Shown here piece after piece: positions 42,593-55,739 of a stretch of DNA of 64,000 nt. The stretch is taken from positions 53,036,565-53,100,564 of the forward strand of contig NC_068993.1 in assembly GCF_001194135.2 (NCBI RefSeq), read 5' to 3'. A program made the translations under genes and the position numbers. The notes under the pieces are model-generated. The model searched no databases. It was given only the letters and a program-made list of their open reading frames with translations, and had not been told where the DNA came from. Position 1 is the first letter of the stretch; the number at the start of each line of letters is the position of its first letter. This DNA comes from Octopus bimaculoides. Its lineage: Eukaryota.

Positions 42593-44660
42593 TTTGTAAA
42601 AATATTATATACAATAGGATATGCTATGTTCTCTTTCCCTCTTTCTTTTTATGGCTGAAAAACAATGAATAATATTAGTTAATGAGGTTGTTCTTAGGAA
42701 ATTTGTAAAAGTATAAAAACAAAATCACTTTAACAGGCCCACCACAATGGAGTGAATTATCTGCAAGGATAGTGGAGTCTTGCGAAAAATTCTATTATGG
42801 AAATAGATGGATGATTTAAGTTCCCTTCACAATCTGAAAAGTGGATCGTTGGAGAAAAGACCCTGAAACATTTGTTTGGATATTTAGTATCGTATGTACC
42901 ACTACAAAACCTGAACTTAGATACATGGAACCGGAGGAAAACAGAAGTGCTGAAATTTTCCGTCGATTTACTATAAAGTGGTTCTTGTGGATCAATTGTC
43001 CATTTAAAACTGAAAGATACCTGATTTAAGAAAATAGTGTTTGTAAATCACATTTTGTGTGCAGGAAGGAACAAATCGAGTTAATTTCACCGAAGTTTAA
43101 AGTGTTACAAAAAATACGACAGGTGACTGCACACTCCCTTAATTACAGACGTGGAGTATTGGTATTTCTCTCTACAAATTTTAAAGACAACTCAAAACAC
43201 TGACGACAGTAAATCAAATTAATTCATATATAACTCTTACAAGTGTGGAGAAAAATATTTAAGCTTATTCATCTCTGTACTTGTTTTGTTTGTATTCTTA
43301 AAACCGGAACGGAATTGCAAAAATAAACGGTGAATGCAAACGAATTTGTTCCTCACATATAGATCTTTTGAAATATAAAGTGGGCAAAACAAAAGTCAGG
43401 AAATACAAAAAAGCGGTTGGTGCAACAGCTGAAATCACCAGATTATACCCACAGATCGCAGACCAAACACACAGTTCTAAACACTGGTCATATGTCATGA
43501 TCAATGGACCATACCGAACAAATATAAATTTCTGGCTAATTCTCAATAAAGCATTAGAAAAAATTTGAATTCATATGACTGAACAATATTTGCTTCAACT
43601 TTGTTAAATTAAATCAGTTCCTGTATTTTCGTTTCTACGTTTCATGACATTTCTGAGAAGTTAGGGTAAGGATGTTTAATAATTAAAACTTAAGGGGAAG
43701 ATGTTATAACGACTGTTCTAGTAGCAAAGAGTGTCAAAGTGATCCAGGAACAGTATAATACAATGTAGTAGTATTTACATTATGGTTTTAAGTTAAAATA
43801 CGAACCATATGCACACCTGAAATACAAAACACCCAAACACTTTCCAATGCACTCAAGCCAGTTGGTGCACCACACAGGGATTGCGCAATGTTTCACATAA
43901 TTACGTCCCTTGTATTATTTCAATAAATAAAATAATCTACCTATATTTCTTTCGATTTTTCACAAGTCGATCTCCCCAAATTTAACAATGTCTTTTGAGT
44001 TTGATTTTTTAACTTCACACCAGACATAAAATATCCTCAAATGTTATTTTTCTGCAAACGTTTAAAACTTACAACGCGTACGTGTGGCTGTGTAAGTTGT
44101 GCTAGCTTTATACATGAAAGAGAAATTGTGTATGATTAGAAGAATTTTGATGAGACCAAACTACGCGATTATATATGCATGGAATAGATATTTAAGCTAT
44201 TTTGTATTTTTTTTTTTTAGTGTTATAATCATTTATTCATTGAAGTTGTCGAATATATTGGATTTTATGTCTGTAAGCAATGTCCTCTTGTACAAAATAG
44301 TAGGGGCCACGTAGAAACAACATGCTATACTCACTATTTACAACTAATGACCTTTAATGTTAAGTAAGGTGGGTTAATTACTGCTGTATATTTTCTCAAC
44401 ATAAAACAGCACACCTTAGAATGTGGTAAGTATTTTTGAGCAAAGCACTCCGTCGCTTCGTCATCTGACGTGTAGTATACCGTGCAACTGTGCAATTCCG
44501 ATTTGATGGAGGGAGTGAACTACTGAGCAACACAAACATTAAACCACTATAAAAAAAATTTCGACGGAGCTATTAAAATATCCTGTGGATAACGGTTCGA
44601 ATCACATATTTTCTGAAATTAATATTTGATAGTCCGATTATTTAGTTATTTGCAGAGATG

Positions 44661-45222
44661 GGCACTGGAGTGGCTATGGTAAGTAGCTTACTTACCAGCC
44701 ACATGGTTCCGGGCTCAGTCCCACCGCAGGGCACCTTGGGTAAGTGTCTTGGATCTATTCCATCTCAATCACAGGTTTTTAAACTTTTTTTTTACTAAAC
44801 AGTTTGAAACTTCGAATACTGGTAGAATTTCTCACGTAGAACACGGTTTACTCTGAACGTTTTTGACAAAATTCCAGTATTCGAAGTTTCAAACTGTTTA
44901 GTTAAAAAAGGTTAATTAAAAAATCTGTGAATCAGATGGAATAGATCCAGTGTCTTCTACTATAACCTCGGGCCAACCAAAGCCTTGAGTAGTTTTGGTA
45001 GAACTGAAAGAAGCCTGTTGTGTGTGTCTGTGTTTGTCCCCCCATCATCGCTTGACAAGTGATGTTGGTGTCTTTACGTCCCCGTTCGGCAACAGATCGA
45101 TTGGATAAGTATTAGGCTTACAAAGAATAAGTCCTGGGGTCGATTTGTTTGACTAAAGGCAGTGCTCCAGCATGGCCACAGTCAAATGACAAACAAATAA
45201 AAGAATTAAAAAAATGAAAGAA
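44661..45222 (+). mobile_element. Near full-length tRNA-derived SINE (Octopus OR-like) interrupted by a MITE
   Basis: Head GGTAAGTAGCTTACTTACCAGCCACATGGTTCCGGGCTCAGTCCCAC; tail GGGGTCGATTTGTTTGACTAAAGGCAGTGCTCCAGCATGGCCACAGTCAAATGAC plus an A-rich end. Confidence 0.8.
44751..44948. mobile_element. Palindromic MITE with GG termini and perfect 8-bp TSD (Merlin-like)
   Basis: AGTGTCTT|GGATCTATTCCATCT...AGATGGAATAGATCC|AGTGTCTT; internal arms ACTAAACAGTTTGAAACTTCGAATACTGG are mirrored. The superfamily call is inference. Confidence 0.85.
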
Positions 45223-45799
45223 TATCAGTTTCTATGAGAAAAGAACAATGTTCATCCTCAAGTCTGCTCTTATTCAAAGGAGTAAAGGAGTTCCAACTAT
45301 GACTATCCCATACTTGTCATGATCTACTCCACTAAATACTCCTTTGCCTCAAAACAGAACAGATGATAGCAGTTAAAACTGTTGATTGTACGGTTTTTTT
45401 TTTTTCCAATCCGGCTGATCTAAGTCTAAATGTATACTCCCTTATATTAAACCTTACACACTTTTTGTATCTTCTCATGAAAAAGTGGGGAGTGGAGAAG
45501 AAAATGAACTGAAAAGTGGTGAGCTGGCAGACTAGACATATTTTGTGTATGACTAGACCTGTACTGCACTGAGTAAAATGCTTAACAGCATTTCATGTCT
45601 TTGCTTTCTGAGTTCAAATTCTGCCTCGGTTGACTTTGCCTTTTATCCTTCTGGAACCAATAAAATAAGTACCTGTTGAACACTGCAGTTGACGTAATTG
45701 ACTCATCCCATCACATGAAATTGTTGGTCTTGTACCAAAATTTGAAACCAACATATTTTCATTTGCAGCACTTAAATTTATAGTAATTAATTCCAAAAC

Positions 45800-46850
45800 C
45801 TATACACATCACTGATGGATGCACAAACACTCCAAAGAACCTTGATATGTTTCATCCAATAGCTATTAAACTATCACCATCTGTCATGTCATCCAACTAC
45901 ACTATTTTATCTCTACTCACCACATACTACATATCACTTTTGCCCCAGATCTTCTGCCACTTCAAATCAGCTGACTGGTTGGAATTCTGGCAGTTCTATG
46001 TTAACTATGCTAACCTGGCATACATGTGCTTCACTCAATTAATCAAAAACAGTTATGCAGATGACTGAAGCAATACATTTGGTAAGTTTCTTAACATCTG
46101 ACACAAGCAAGAGTCATAACTCCAAATACCCTGGTTTTAGTAGTTCACTCAAAGGACATACTTATAACCTGGCGGTGTGTGGTGGAATCACCCATCTGTA
46201 TAAGCTGGATAGCTTTTGCCCACACTATAAACTCTTATATGGTTGTGTGGAACAAAGTTTGCCTACATGCATCAGACTACAAAGACACCTGACTCCTTTG
46301 CCAAAAGAACCTCTACCAATTTTGAAGTGTCTCCATTCCACTTCCCAACCTTGATGGTTCACTAAATAATGTTTTCACATTTGCTGCCCATGTTAGATCC
46401 AAATTCAGAATAAAACTTTTCTAAAACAATTCCTCTCCACTATGTATACAGGTAATGCACACAACAGTACCAGTGGTTGCTTCAAACCACTAAGGGAATC
46501 AGATCTGAGTTTCCCTCCCATTACTTTCAAACAATATGCCAGCAAACAAGCCCCCAACCACATTAAGCTTTTCAATTCTTTCTCTATTTAGTATGTTGCA
46601 AAAAGGACAACCCCACTGTCAACCTATTGCTTTCATTCTGAACACCTCAAGGGTGATAGAAACTCTTAACAAAAACAGCAACCATAACTGCTAACACCTT
46701 GAATCTTCTCATTTATGATTACTAGTATGGCTTCTGTAAAGTTAGAGCTACTAAAGATCTGCTCTTCTATATCACTCACCATTAGGTATTTACTATTTAG
46801 AAATTTAGTGAAAATGTTATTGCACTAGACACCAATAAAGCATCTGTATT
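45800..46850 (+). mobile_element. Decayed CR1/Jockey-group LINE ORF2 fragment
   Basis: Remnant peptides CHFKSADW, YGFCKVRATKDLLFYITHH and VIALDTNKA (RT motif region), with many stops and frameshifts. Confidence 0.7.
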
Positions 46851-49800
46851 TAATTTATGCAATCACACCTTCATTGCGGAATTTCTTTCAGGATTCCATG
46901 GTGCTGAGAAATAATTTGCTTTTAATGATTAAAAATTAGTAATTTTAAGTAATAAATTTTGATTCACCATTACCTGACAACATGAAATACTTTGTTTATG
47001 TCTTCAAAGACAAACAGTTTTAATGATAATTTATCCCATGGGTAGTGTTCCCCTCCAATCTGTGTACTTACGAGTGCACACATTTTACAATTAGGAAAGA
47101 AACTGAATTTCAAATACAGTAAATGTGCACCCTTAATTGCACATTTGTTCTTGTTACTTTTTAATGTCTTCCTTTAAACACTAGCCTTTTATCATCACTT
47201 TCAGACTATTTTTTTCTTGCATTATTGTAGCTATCATGCTCCTTGGAATATGCTGTAGCATTCAATTTAGTTACTGCTTTATATTTTCATCATGTAGGTT
47301 TTGTAGTCTTGTCACAATATCTTGAAATCATAAATAGCAATACTCATGATTTATGGCACCACCATAAAGATGAACTGATAAACTCACCTTTTAACAGATG
47401 CCCCACTTTGACCAACCTTGTTTTTCCTTGGTATAACATATCTATTATGACATTGCTTTCTGGAGACAGTAGGATGGGATTTTGAATGTGACTGGGGGAA
47501 GGGGCATTGAGTTATCAATCACTCAAGTTTCCAACCATGTATCTTAATCCAATATCAGACTTAACTTTTGCCACAAATTAAGATATGACAATAATTGCAG
47601 TTGTTCTTAGGACACCAAAACATACTTCAAACATTAGCTTCAAATAGATGCTATCCCTTTTTATTTCATATATTGTTCAATCCAAGGATGAGAAGTAATG
47701 CTCAAGACCTTTGTAGACTCCCAGCTAGGTGTTCTATTTGGAATCCTGCAAGTTGATAGCTATAAGAAAACATGGGACAAGAGAGTGCTGCAAAGCTGCA
47801 GATCTATGGAAGACGGATTGAGTAAAGTCAAATATTGTAGGAATGAAGGAGAGTTGGCTGCAAGAAGAGGTGGTATACGATGAAAAGAAACCATTATTGT
47901 AGCCGTGTCAGACAGAGAAAAATAGCATGTTTATATGCTATTTTTTAGCATGTTTGTGAGTGAATCTTTGTCAATCAACCTGTATAAAATGCAAGTTCAT
48001 CCTACATTTGAATATAAACTAGAACTTGTAGCAAAACATACCAGGAGAAAAAAAAAAGCATGGCTCAAAAAATTCTTGCTGATTAACATTCTCCACACCT
48101 AATTTAACTAGCAATCTAGTATTAGCTTTCTTAAATGGGATTTCAATGATGCAGCTGGATTAGGGATGCAATTTCCAGAAAAGGTATTTTTCTTTAAACA
48201 ACGGAAGATAATTGATTACGAAAATAGTAGAGGAACAAGTGTACTCCCCAGAGTTACATGGAAACTAATATACTTAGTGCGCGCAAAAAAAAAAAATTAA
48301 TTGGAGAGGAAAAGTTATTTATGGGAGACAACTCCAAAATTTAACGATTAATTGTTATTGTCTGCAATCAAATTGTTTTACAACTTATCATAGAATTAAA
48401 GCATTTTAAATTCCATTTCTTAACGGTTGTGGCTGACTGTCAAAATGGGTCTCCGATTTTCGATACTGAACAATTCTACAAAAGGTCACTTTTTTTTTTC
48501 CTCTTCTATCCCTTAAATCATCCAAACAATATTGTGCGTAGAAATCTGAGAATGTTGATTTGGAAGACCGAAAACTCGTAGAAAATTTCTAAAAGGTGTA
48601 TCGTTGAGAACGCTTTCGTTGTGCTTAATTAAAAATTACAATTACAATTGGTTTGATTCAAAATTACCTTCACCTCAGCAGTTGGGACATTTCTTTGACA
48701 ATATAGGAGTGAAAAGAAAGTTAACTCAGGCTGGATTCGAACTCCGATAACTGACAGTGTTTACAGGTGAGATTCCATTATATTAAATACGCAAAGGCAC
48801 ATACATTAATATTGAAGTCTTTCCCTCCTCTTGTTTGTTTATAGTATTGAAATATTGGAGAGCCTGAAAAGGTAACTGCTGGGTTTACCCACAGTGATTT
48901 TTAAAAAATGTAGAAGATAATTCATTTTAGTAGCATACTTTTCTGTTAGCAAATATTTTTTTCTTACACACATACATACAGCCTCGCTTGTTTGGGGAGT
49001 TAATTTAAATTACTTTTTTTGTGTGTGTTTATATCCCAAAAATGGACAACGGGCCGCATCAAACAACTAAATGTGTTTATGGGAAGAAAAATATTTTAAA
49101 ATATCAATACACGAGAAAGGTGATCGTACGTTGTGCTAGAAATAACAGCCAAATCTCCCTTAAATCACTTTTTCCTCTGAAAATATTTGCAATTTTTTTT
49201 TTTTTTAACCAAAAAGGCTTCTCCCGCGGTTTTTAAATGCGTAGTGCCGAAAAAATTGTCCACAATTGGTCTGGGCTGATGGGGGGGGGTGAAAGATTTC
49301 CAAAAAGTATTTTTTCATATAAAGATGCCTCTCATCATTTCGAAAACAATGAGAAAAAATAATTGGAAAATTCCCCGGCAAAACGGAGAAATTCCAACTT
49401 ATGTGGGCGTCCTAATGCGAAACTCCATGCTTCGTCCAGCTTTTTAAAAAAGGAAACTCATGAATTTCGTTCTAAAAATATTTTCCGGTTATTTGGCTCT
49501 GTGCGACATCAACATTTTTCGCTATCAATTTCCCCCAAGAAATGCTATCCGAAAATAAAAACGAAACAATTTTATTAAGCTCCGAAACGCCGCTAGCCAT
49601 GTCATTAGTGACCATTGTAAAAACAACAATCTCGAGGGTTCAAGTCGCCGAAAAAGATCATTCGGTGGTCACATTTACTTCACTGACATGCCTCCATAAA
49701 CAAGTTCCAAAGATTCGTGTAACAGAACATTCTCCAGAAAGTAAATCAATTGTTCCAGCTTATTTTGTGTCTAGGGAGAGTCATTATGCCAATATTAACA

Positions 49801-50658
49801 CAGGCACAAATACAAAAACGAAGTAAATCCTAGAATGACTTTCCAAAGAAAATCACGAAAACCATACCTTTAGCTATACGGGACAACCTCACGACCATCT
49901 GAATTTTAATAAACATTATATGAAACAAAGTTACTTCTTTTTATGCATTTAAAGACATTACTTTGAAATGGTGATTAGCATTTGTTTTTTCTAAATATAT
50001 ATATAAAAGATAAATGTTTGTTAAATTTTATTAAAAGAACCCTTGCTTTGCGGGACCCTAGAAAATTATCACAGAACCTTCTTTAAGCAAGACTCATGAT
50101 AAGGTAAACAAGCGAAAAAAAAATATCAAATACCTTTTTACCAAAAACAAGCGTTTCAGTGCTAAATATGAAGAAAAATAAAAGGTGGGATGAGGTGTTT
50201 TTCTTTTCTAAATATTACACACGAATAGTATAGCTACCATTCATATTTACATTAAAGCAATTCTAATTCATTACAATTTGTTATGGGTGATATTCAGCAG
50301 CTCACCAGTAAATGGAACGCTTCAAAATACCGGATATAATTTGATATTTAAAAAGCCAAGTACTTTCCCAATGCGGGGAAGCTACCTGAACGACTCTTTC
50401 ATACGGTAAAAAAAGGTGTTCTTTATTTAATATTCCCGTCATTCGCAGAATTTCTTTATTCCAGCCAGACTTAATGTTGAGGGAGAAAAACCAACAGAAT
50501 AACATCCCAGTCAATATAAATGGTTTCATAGCCTCATAATTTTTGCTGTGTTACTGTAAAAAAATACTGACCTTGGCTTAAAAGATTACTTGTTAAAATA
50601 ATTTGACTTTAAACGAAAAAATATTTTGTCTCTTCTTCGACATTTTTCTTTGGTTTAA

Positions 50659-50692
<34 letters not shown>

Positions 50693-50997
50693 TATGGTGC
50701 AGCCGAATATTCGTAATCTTATTGTCTTAAAACTTTCTTTTTAATACATTTATAGCCATTAAATATGAAAATATATTATTTTTAGAATAATAAATAAGTC
50801 TTCTTAATCAGTCTTTCCGTTTTGTTTAGATTCAGTACGATATGTCGGCTAAGAAAAAGTGCGTGAAACCGAATCCAACTGAAAAGAAGCGCTTGGCTTC
50901 GGTCTTTGAAACTTCCGCTGTGCAAAAAAAATAAAAACATCTGTAAAGGTACGGCGGTTCCTCTGCGGTTGTTTACGTCTGAACTATACGGTCAACT

Positions 50998-51702
50998 ATG
51001 CCCAATAAAAAAAAGAAATACAATGCCAGATTTCCGCCAGCAAGAATTAAAAAGATAATGCAAACTGATGAAGATGTGGGCAAGGTTGCTGCTGCCGTAC
51101 CTGTTATCATATCCCGAGCTTTAGAACTCTTCATTGAATCGCTTATTTTAAAAGCTAGTGAAACTACCCAATCACGACATGCGAAAACCTTGACAACGGC
51201 ACATATTAAGCAAACAATTGAATCAGAAAAGAAGTTTGATTTCCTTCGTGATTTGGTTGTCAATATTACTGATCACCAGACGGAAGAAGAAATAGAAAGC
51301 AACGCTAATTTGGCAGAAACCGGGAAAAAATGTGGAAAAATCACTGCAAATCGTGGACCTCGAAAGCGGAAAGATTCCCTTACATGTGCCGAACTTCTTC
51401 GGACGAAAGAAAGAACGATATCAAATGATATTCCGGAAGATGATAATGACGAAACTGATGAAGCAGACAGCGATGACACAGATCAAACTGAAGAGATAAG
51501 TAACGCTACTAAATGTCGGATCATTCCTCCTTCTATTGCAGATGAGACCCCACCTGTGCCCCAAACTAGCAGTAATGGGTTTCCCCAAATGAGTTCTTTA
51601 ACACGAGCTCCTGTTTTATTTCCTCCAAGTTCTATTCCCAGAGTATTTACACCTATACATTTGAAAGGACAGCAACAAGAAGATGATGATTACGATACTT
51701 GA
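50998..51702 (+). CDS. DRAP1: Dr1-associated corepressor (NC2 alpha), single-exon CDS, 234 aa
   Basis: [45 protein letters not shown] histone fold, acidic/proline-rich tail and terminal EDDDYDT motif. Confidence 0.96.
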   Translation: MPNKKKKYNARFPPARIKKIMQTDEDVGKVAAAVPVIISRALELFIESLILKASETTQSRHAKTLTTAHIKQTIESEKKFDFLRDLVVNITDHQTEEEIESNANLAETGKKCGKITANRGPRKRKDSLTCAELLRTKERTISNDIPEDDNDETDEADSDDTDQTEEISNATKCRIIPPSIADETPPVPQTSSNGFPQMSSLTRAPVLFPPSSIPRVFTPIHLKGQQQEDDDYDT

Positions 51703-54700
51703 GCCTAAATGACAATCTGAAAACTTTCTTAGATATTCATCTCCAGTCATTTATCACTGTTACTGTTTACATACAAATATCGATCTCGGTTAGTGATTGG
51801 ACAAGCTAAATTATCATCGCATTTTATGCTCTTTTAGAGTGAACACTCATCTATTTTTCATCAGTTTCTTGGGATTTTTATTTTTTGTGTTTGTGAGTAA
51901 AATTAACTTGAGTACTGTTTGAAAACTTTGTGAAGTTTGAATCCCTTAATCAGCTCACACTGTACACAGCACAAAGTTCTCACTGAGTTCAGAAAAGCAT
52001 TTGCAATTGTGTTCTAAAATATCTGGTATCATTTAAGAATATTATATATCCTGAAACTGGATATATTTATTATATTTAGGGGAAAAAGATTATAGACTCC
52101 AATCCTTTCGTTCACTACACATTTAAGATCTCCATTTTTTACCATTATAGTATTTATATTGAGAAATTCTAAGCAAATACATAAAACAACTTTTAATTGT
52201 GTTCTTTGAATTTTTTTTTTTTTTTAAAGAAATTCTTTCATATTAAGGTGTAGCGCGTCTGTGAAATGTGGTGCATGAAGTTGCGCATGTTTCTATTTTG
52301 ATTGCGTGATGTAAAGAATTCTACCTGTATGGAACTTATTCAAAATTCGGTAACTTGAAGGGCTTTTTTTTTTTTTTTATCTCATGCGTTTCATATGTAG
52401 AGGTGCTCACGAATTTCACTCACATTTCACATCTGATCATCTTAAATTGAAATTATTTGGAAGTCTAAGAACCTTAAATCAATTTTTTTTTTTCATATTT
52501 TCTACAATATGTATATATGATGTTGATTCACCTAAATCCATTTTTGCATAAACATCTCAAAATAAAGCCTATATATTCTCTTAACCTCTTTTGCCATAAC
52601 TCAAACATACTGGTACACGGTGATTAAATTGTTTTGTCATTTTAAGTCAACGGAAGCACATGTATCTATCAGAATAAGCCTGTAACTCTCCATTCTTAAA
52701 GCCTTTTGTCTTTTCAAATCTCTTGTATCTATTCTTTGACAGCTTATCTATATGATGAAATATGAGTTTACTTCGGATTTTTTAAACCCCCCCCCCCCCC
52801 ACACACACACATACACACTTCATAAGTTTCAAGTTTACTTTTGTAAATTTATTGGTTATTCTTATGAAATGGGTATTTATGAGACAAAAAAATATCAATT
52901 TTTCAAGAGCAGAAATTCAGATAAATTCTTTTTAGGATTACTTAGATAGGATACTGAAAAATCAACTTTTTCTAGAAGTTAAACAAAAAAAAAACCCGTT
53001 ATTCAGTGGTATCAATGTAGCAAAGAAGTTGATGGGGGAGGAATATACCAAACTCCTTATATCACACATTTCCAGCTGATAAGCAAAACCAGTAAATGCC
53101 ACCTTTCTCGGTGCATTATTTCTGCACATTAGAAAGGTGTCGGATCTAAAGTTCTTCCAATATTTATGACTTTTTTTGAAATAGTTGGTTTCCTTTAACT
53201 TGAGGCACTGGCCTCATTTTGAGGTTTACTGTTTAGCTAGTTTGTGTCATCTCTTAATGTATAAACAGCTGCTTGGTGATTGACAGAATTACAAGAAATT
53301 GTCTTTTTTCTTAAGTTACCTGTTACTAATTTTAGATGCATATCAAATCTTTTGCCTGTGGATCATTGTACACAAAATAAACACTTTGAATCTAGCTTCT
53401 TAAGGTTCATTGTCGTCGTCATTTAACGTCTGCTTTCCATGCTAGCATGGGTTGGACGATTTGATTGAGGACTGGTGAAACCAGATGGCTACACCAGGCT
53501 CTAATCGGATCTGGCAGAGTTGCGATATATAAATTTGATTTTCATTTACATACATCAAGAGTACAATCTTTAAAGAGTGTTGCTACCAAATGATGTTACC
53601 CTTGTTGAAGTGTTATCTCAACATAATCTTCAAAGGTAATTAGAAATTTTATCACCAAAAGAGCTAATTTGATCCAAAAATGAGATTAATCTTGACTGCA
53701 CTTGTGTGTTTATTGAATTTCAAGTCAATAACTATACTGAGTTCCTTCTTTGTCTCAGCAGTTTCAAGAACTTGATCCTTTGTCTCATTTGAATATCTGA
53801 TTGTGGCTGAGTTTAAATAAGGAAGCACTTTTCTCTAACATTCAACAGTAATTGCTACCAAATTAAATTGTTTAGACTAACTCTCCTTGCAAAACATTGT
53901 CATCCATATCATTGATATCTCTGTATTATTAGAAAAAAAAAGCTTGCACATTCTTTATGAAGATGAAAGATGCCAACCTGAACAAGTATCGACTGTCAAA
54001 AAAGAAAGGCAGTTTTATTATTTACCAGGGAATCGACTAATTCATAAGCTCATCAGTATAATCAAAGTATTCAAAATTTGATCCAATTTAAAACTTTCAT
54101 TGCTTCATATCTAAATTTGCATTAGATATATTAAGATCTATGTAGAAACTTTGGGTTTTGCTTTGAAGTGGGGATAGTTGAGATGGTCTGACATACAGTT
54201 GTTTGTGCATTTGAAGCAATTCAACACAATATCTCTTGATCTTATCTTAGCTTGGTACATTGCTTTTGATTATATTAAATGTAATTGATATTGGGTACAA
54301 GCTGTATCCTATTTAGTGTCCATGCAATGACACTAAATTGTTTTGCAAGTGTTAAAGAAAGAATTAGATGAATAGATGGTGTTGGTTTGTGATTAAAATG
54401 TCCTTGCAGGCTAACGTTTGACAAATATGTCAAGGCATTAAACAAATGAAACATAACTACAGTAGAAGATATGTTATATATCCTACTTAACAGAACTTGT
54501 TGTAGGGATCAAGATAGGAAAATTGTTGACTATGGAACCTCATGAGAGTTCATCTGCTTGCTCAGTAGTTTATAGCAATAGCAAAAAGTGTATTGGGAAT
54601 TAGTTTTTGAATTCTAGAAGAAATTTTTGGGCTTTATTTTCTTTTAATTCTAAGCTTACTCTGTATAAACTATGATTATATTGAAACCGAAGGTTAATAT

Positions 54701-55739
54701 ATATTTGTGATTACAATTTTAGCAGAGATGTTTCAAAATTCTTTTATCCAAAGATTTATGCTAACATTCTTTTTATGTTCTGTAAAAATTAAATGTTAGT
54801 GTTAGAATTTTGGGGCCTTGTTTTTCAACAAAATATAAGAAATTTGTTCTGGAGTATTGCTCTCAGACATTTCATTATAAAAGATAAACATGAAATCATG
54901 GATTTTTATACTTTTTTTTTATAATCTTTTTCCTTTTGAGTTAAAAACACTTTATATAAAAAGAGAAATGTCTTCCTCTAATTTTCTGGTTTTGATGTGA
55001 TTTTCCTGAAAATGTTGACAATCTTTGTAAATGTTAAAGATGATTGAAATATTTTATTTCATGCTGTAAATATTCAATTTGAGCAGAATTTTTTTTTTTT
55101 AAATATTGAAATAACATTCAATAAACTATATTTCCAGATCCTTCTACTTAGGTGTCTATATATAATGCTAATTTTCTTTCAAGGTACAACAAAGATAGTT
55201 CATTTATTTAGAATGAACCAAGGTTCAAGAATTTTGTATGTTGCTTGGTACTTTGACCAAATGTCTTATCTTCTATAACGCTGAACTAACCAGTCTTGTG
55301 AGTTGATTTGGTAGATGGAAACTGAATATGTGTGTGCATGTACAAGATGGTGTTGAAAAGTTCCTGGCTTTGGGTTGAAAGAAAATACAGGAGAATCGGT
55401 TAATATTTTATTCAGCATATTCCCTTCTTAGATTCACGCACTTATTGCAGTAGTCCTTCAGATTTGTAAGCCCTGTAAAAGAACTTGAATGTTTAGCCTC
55501 CAACCAGGCCTTTTGCAATACTGTTAAAGCCAGGAATTTTTCGGTACCAACTCACATGTGATAGTTGTAAAGTGTTATTTGCTTCCTGTCTTCCATGAAA
55601 AACCTGTCCAGCTAAGGTAAAATATTACTTGGAAAACAGATAAGGGTGATGACAGGAAGGATATCCAGCTGTAGAACATCTGACTTAGAAAAATGGGCAT
55701 TAAAAGCAATGATATTTTTATCTCTATCTAGGTTCTCTT

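Noticed and set aside
49542-49826. 94-aa plus-strand ORF upstream of DRAP1
   Set aside because: No recognisable domain or splice partner; higher GC content makes chance ORFs likely.
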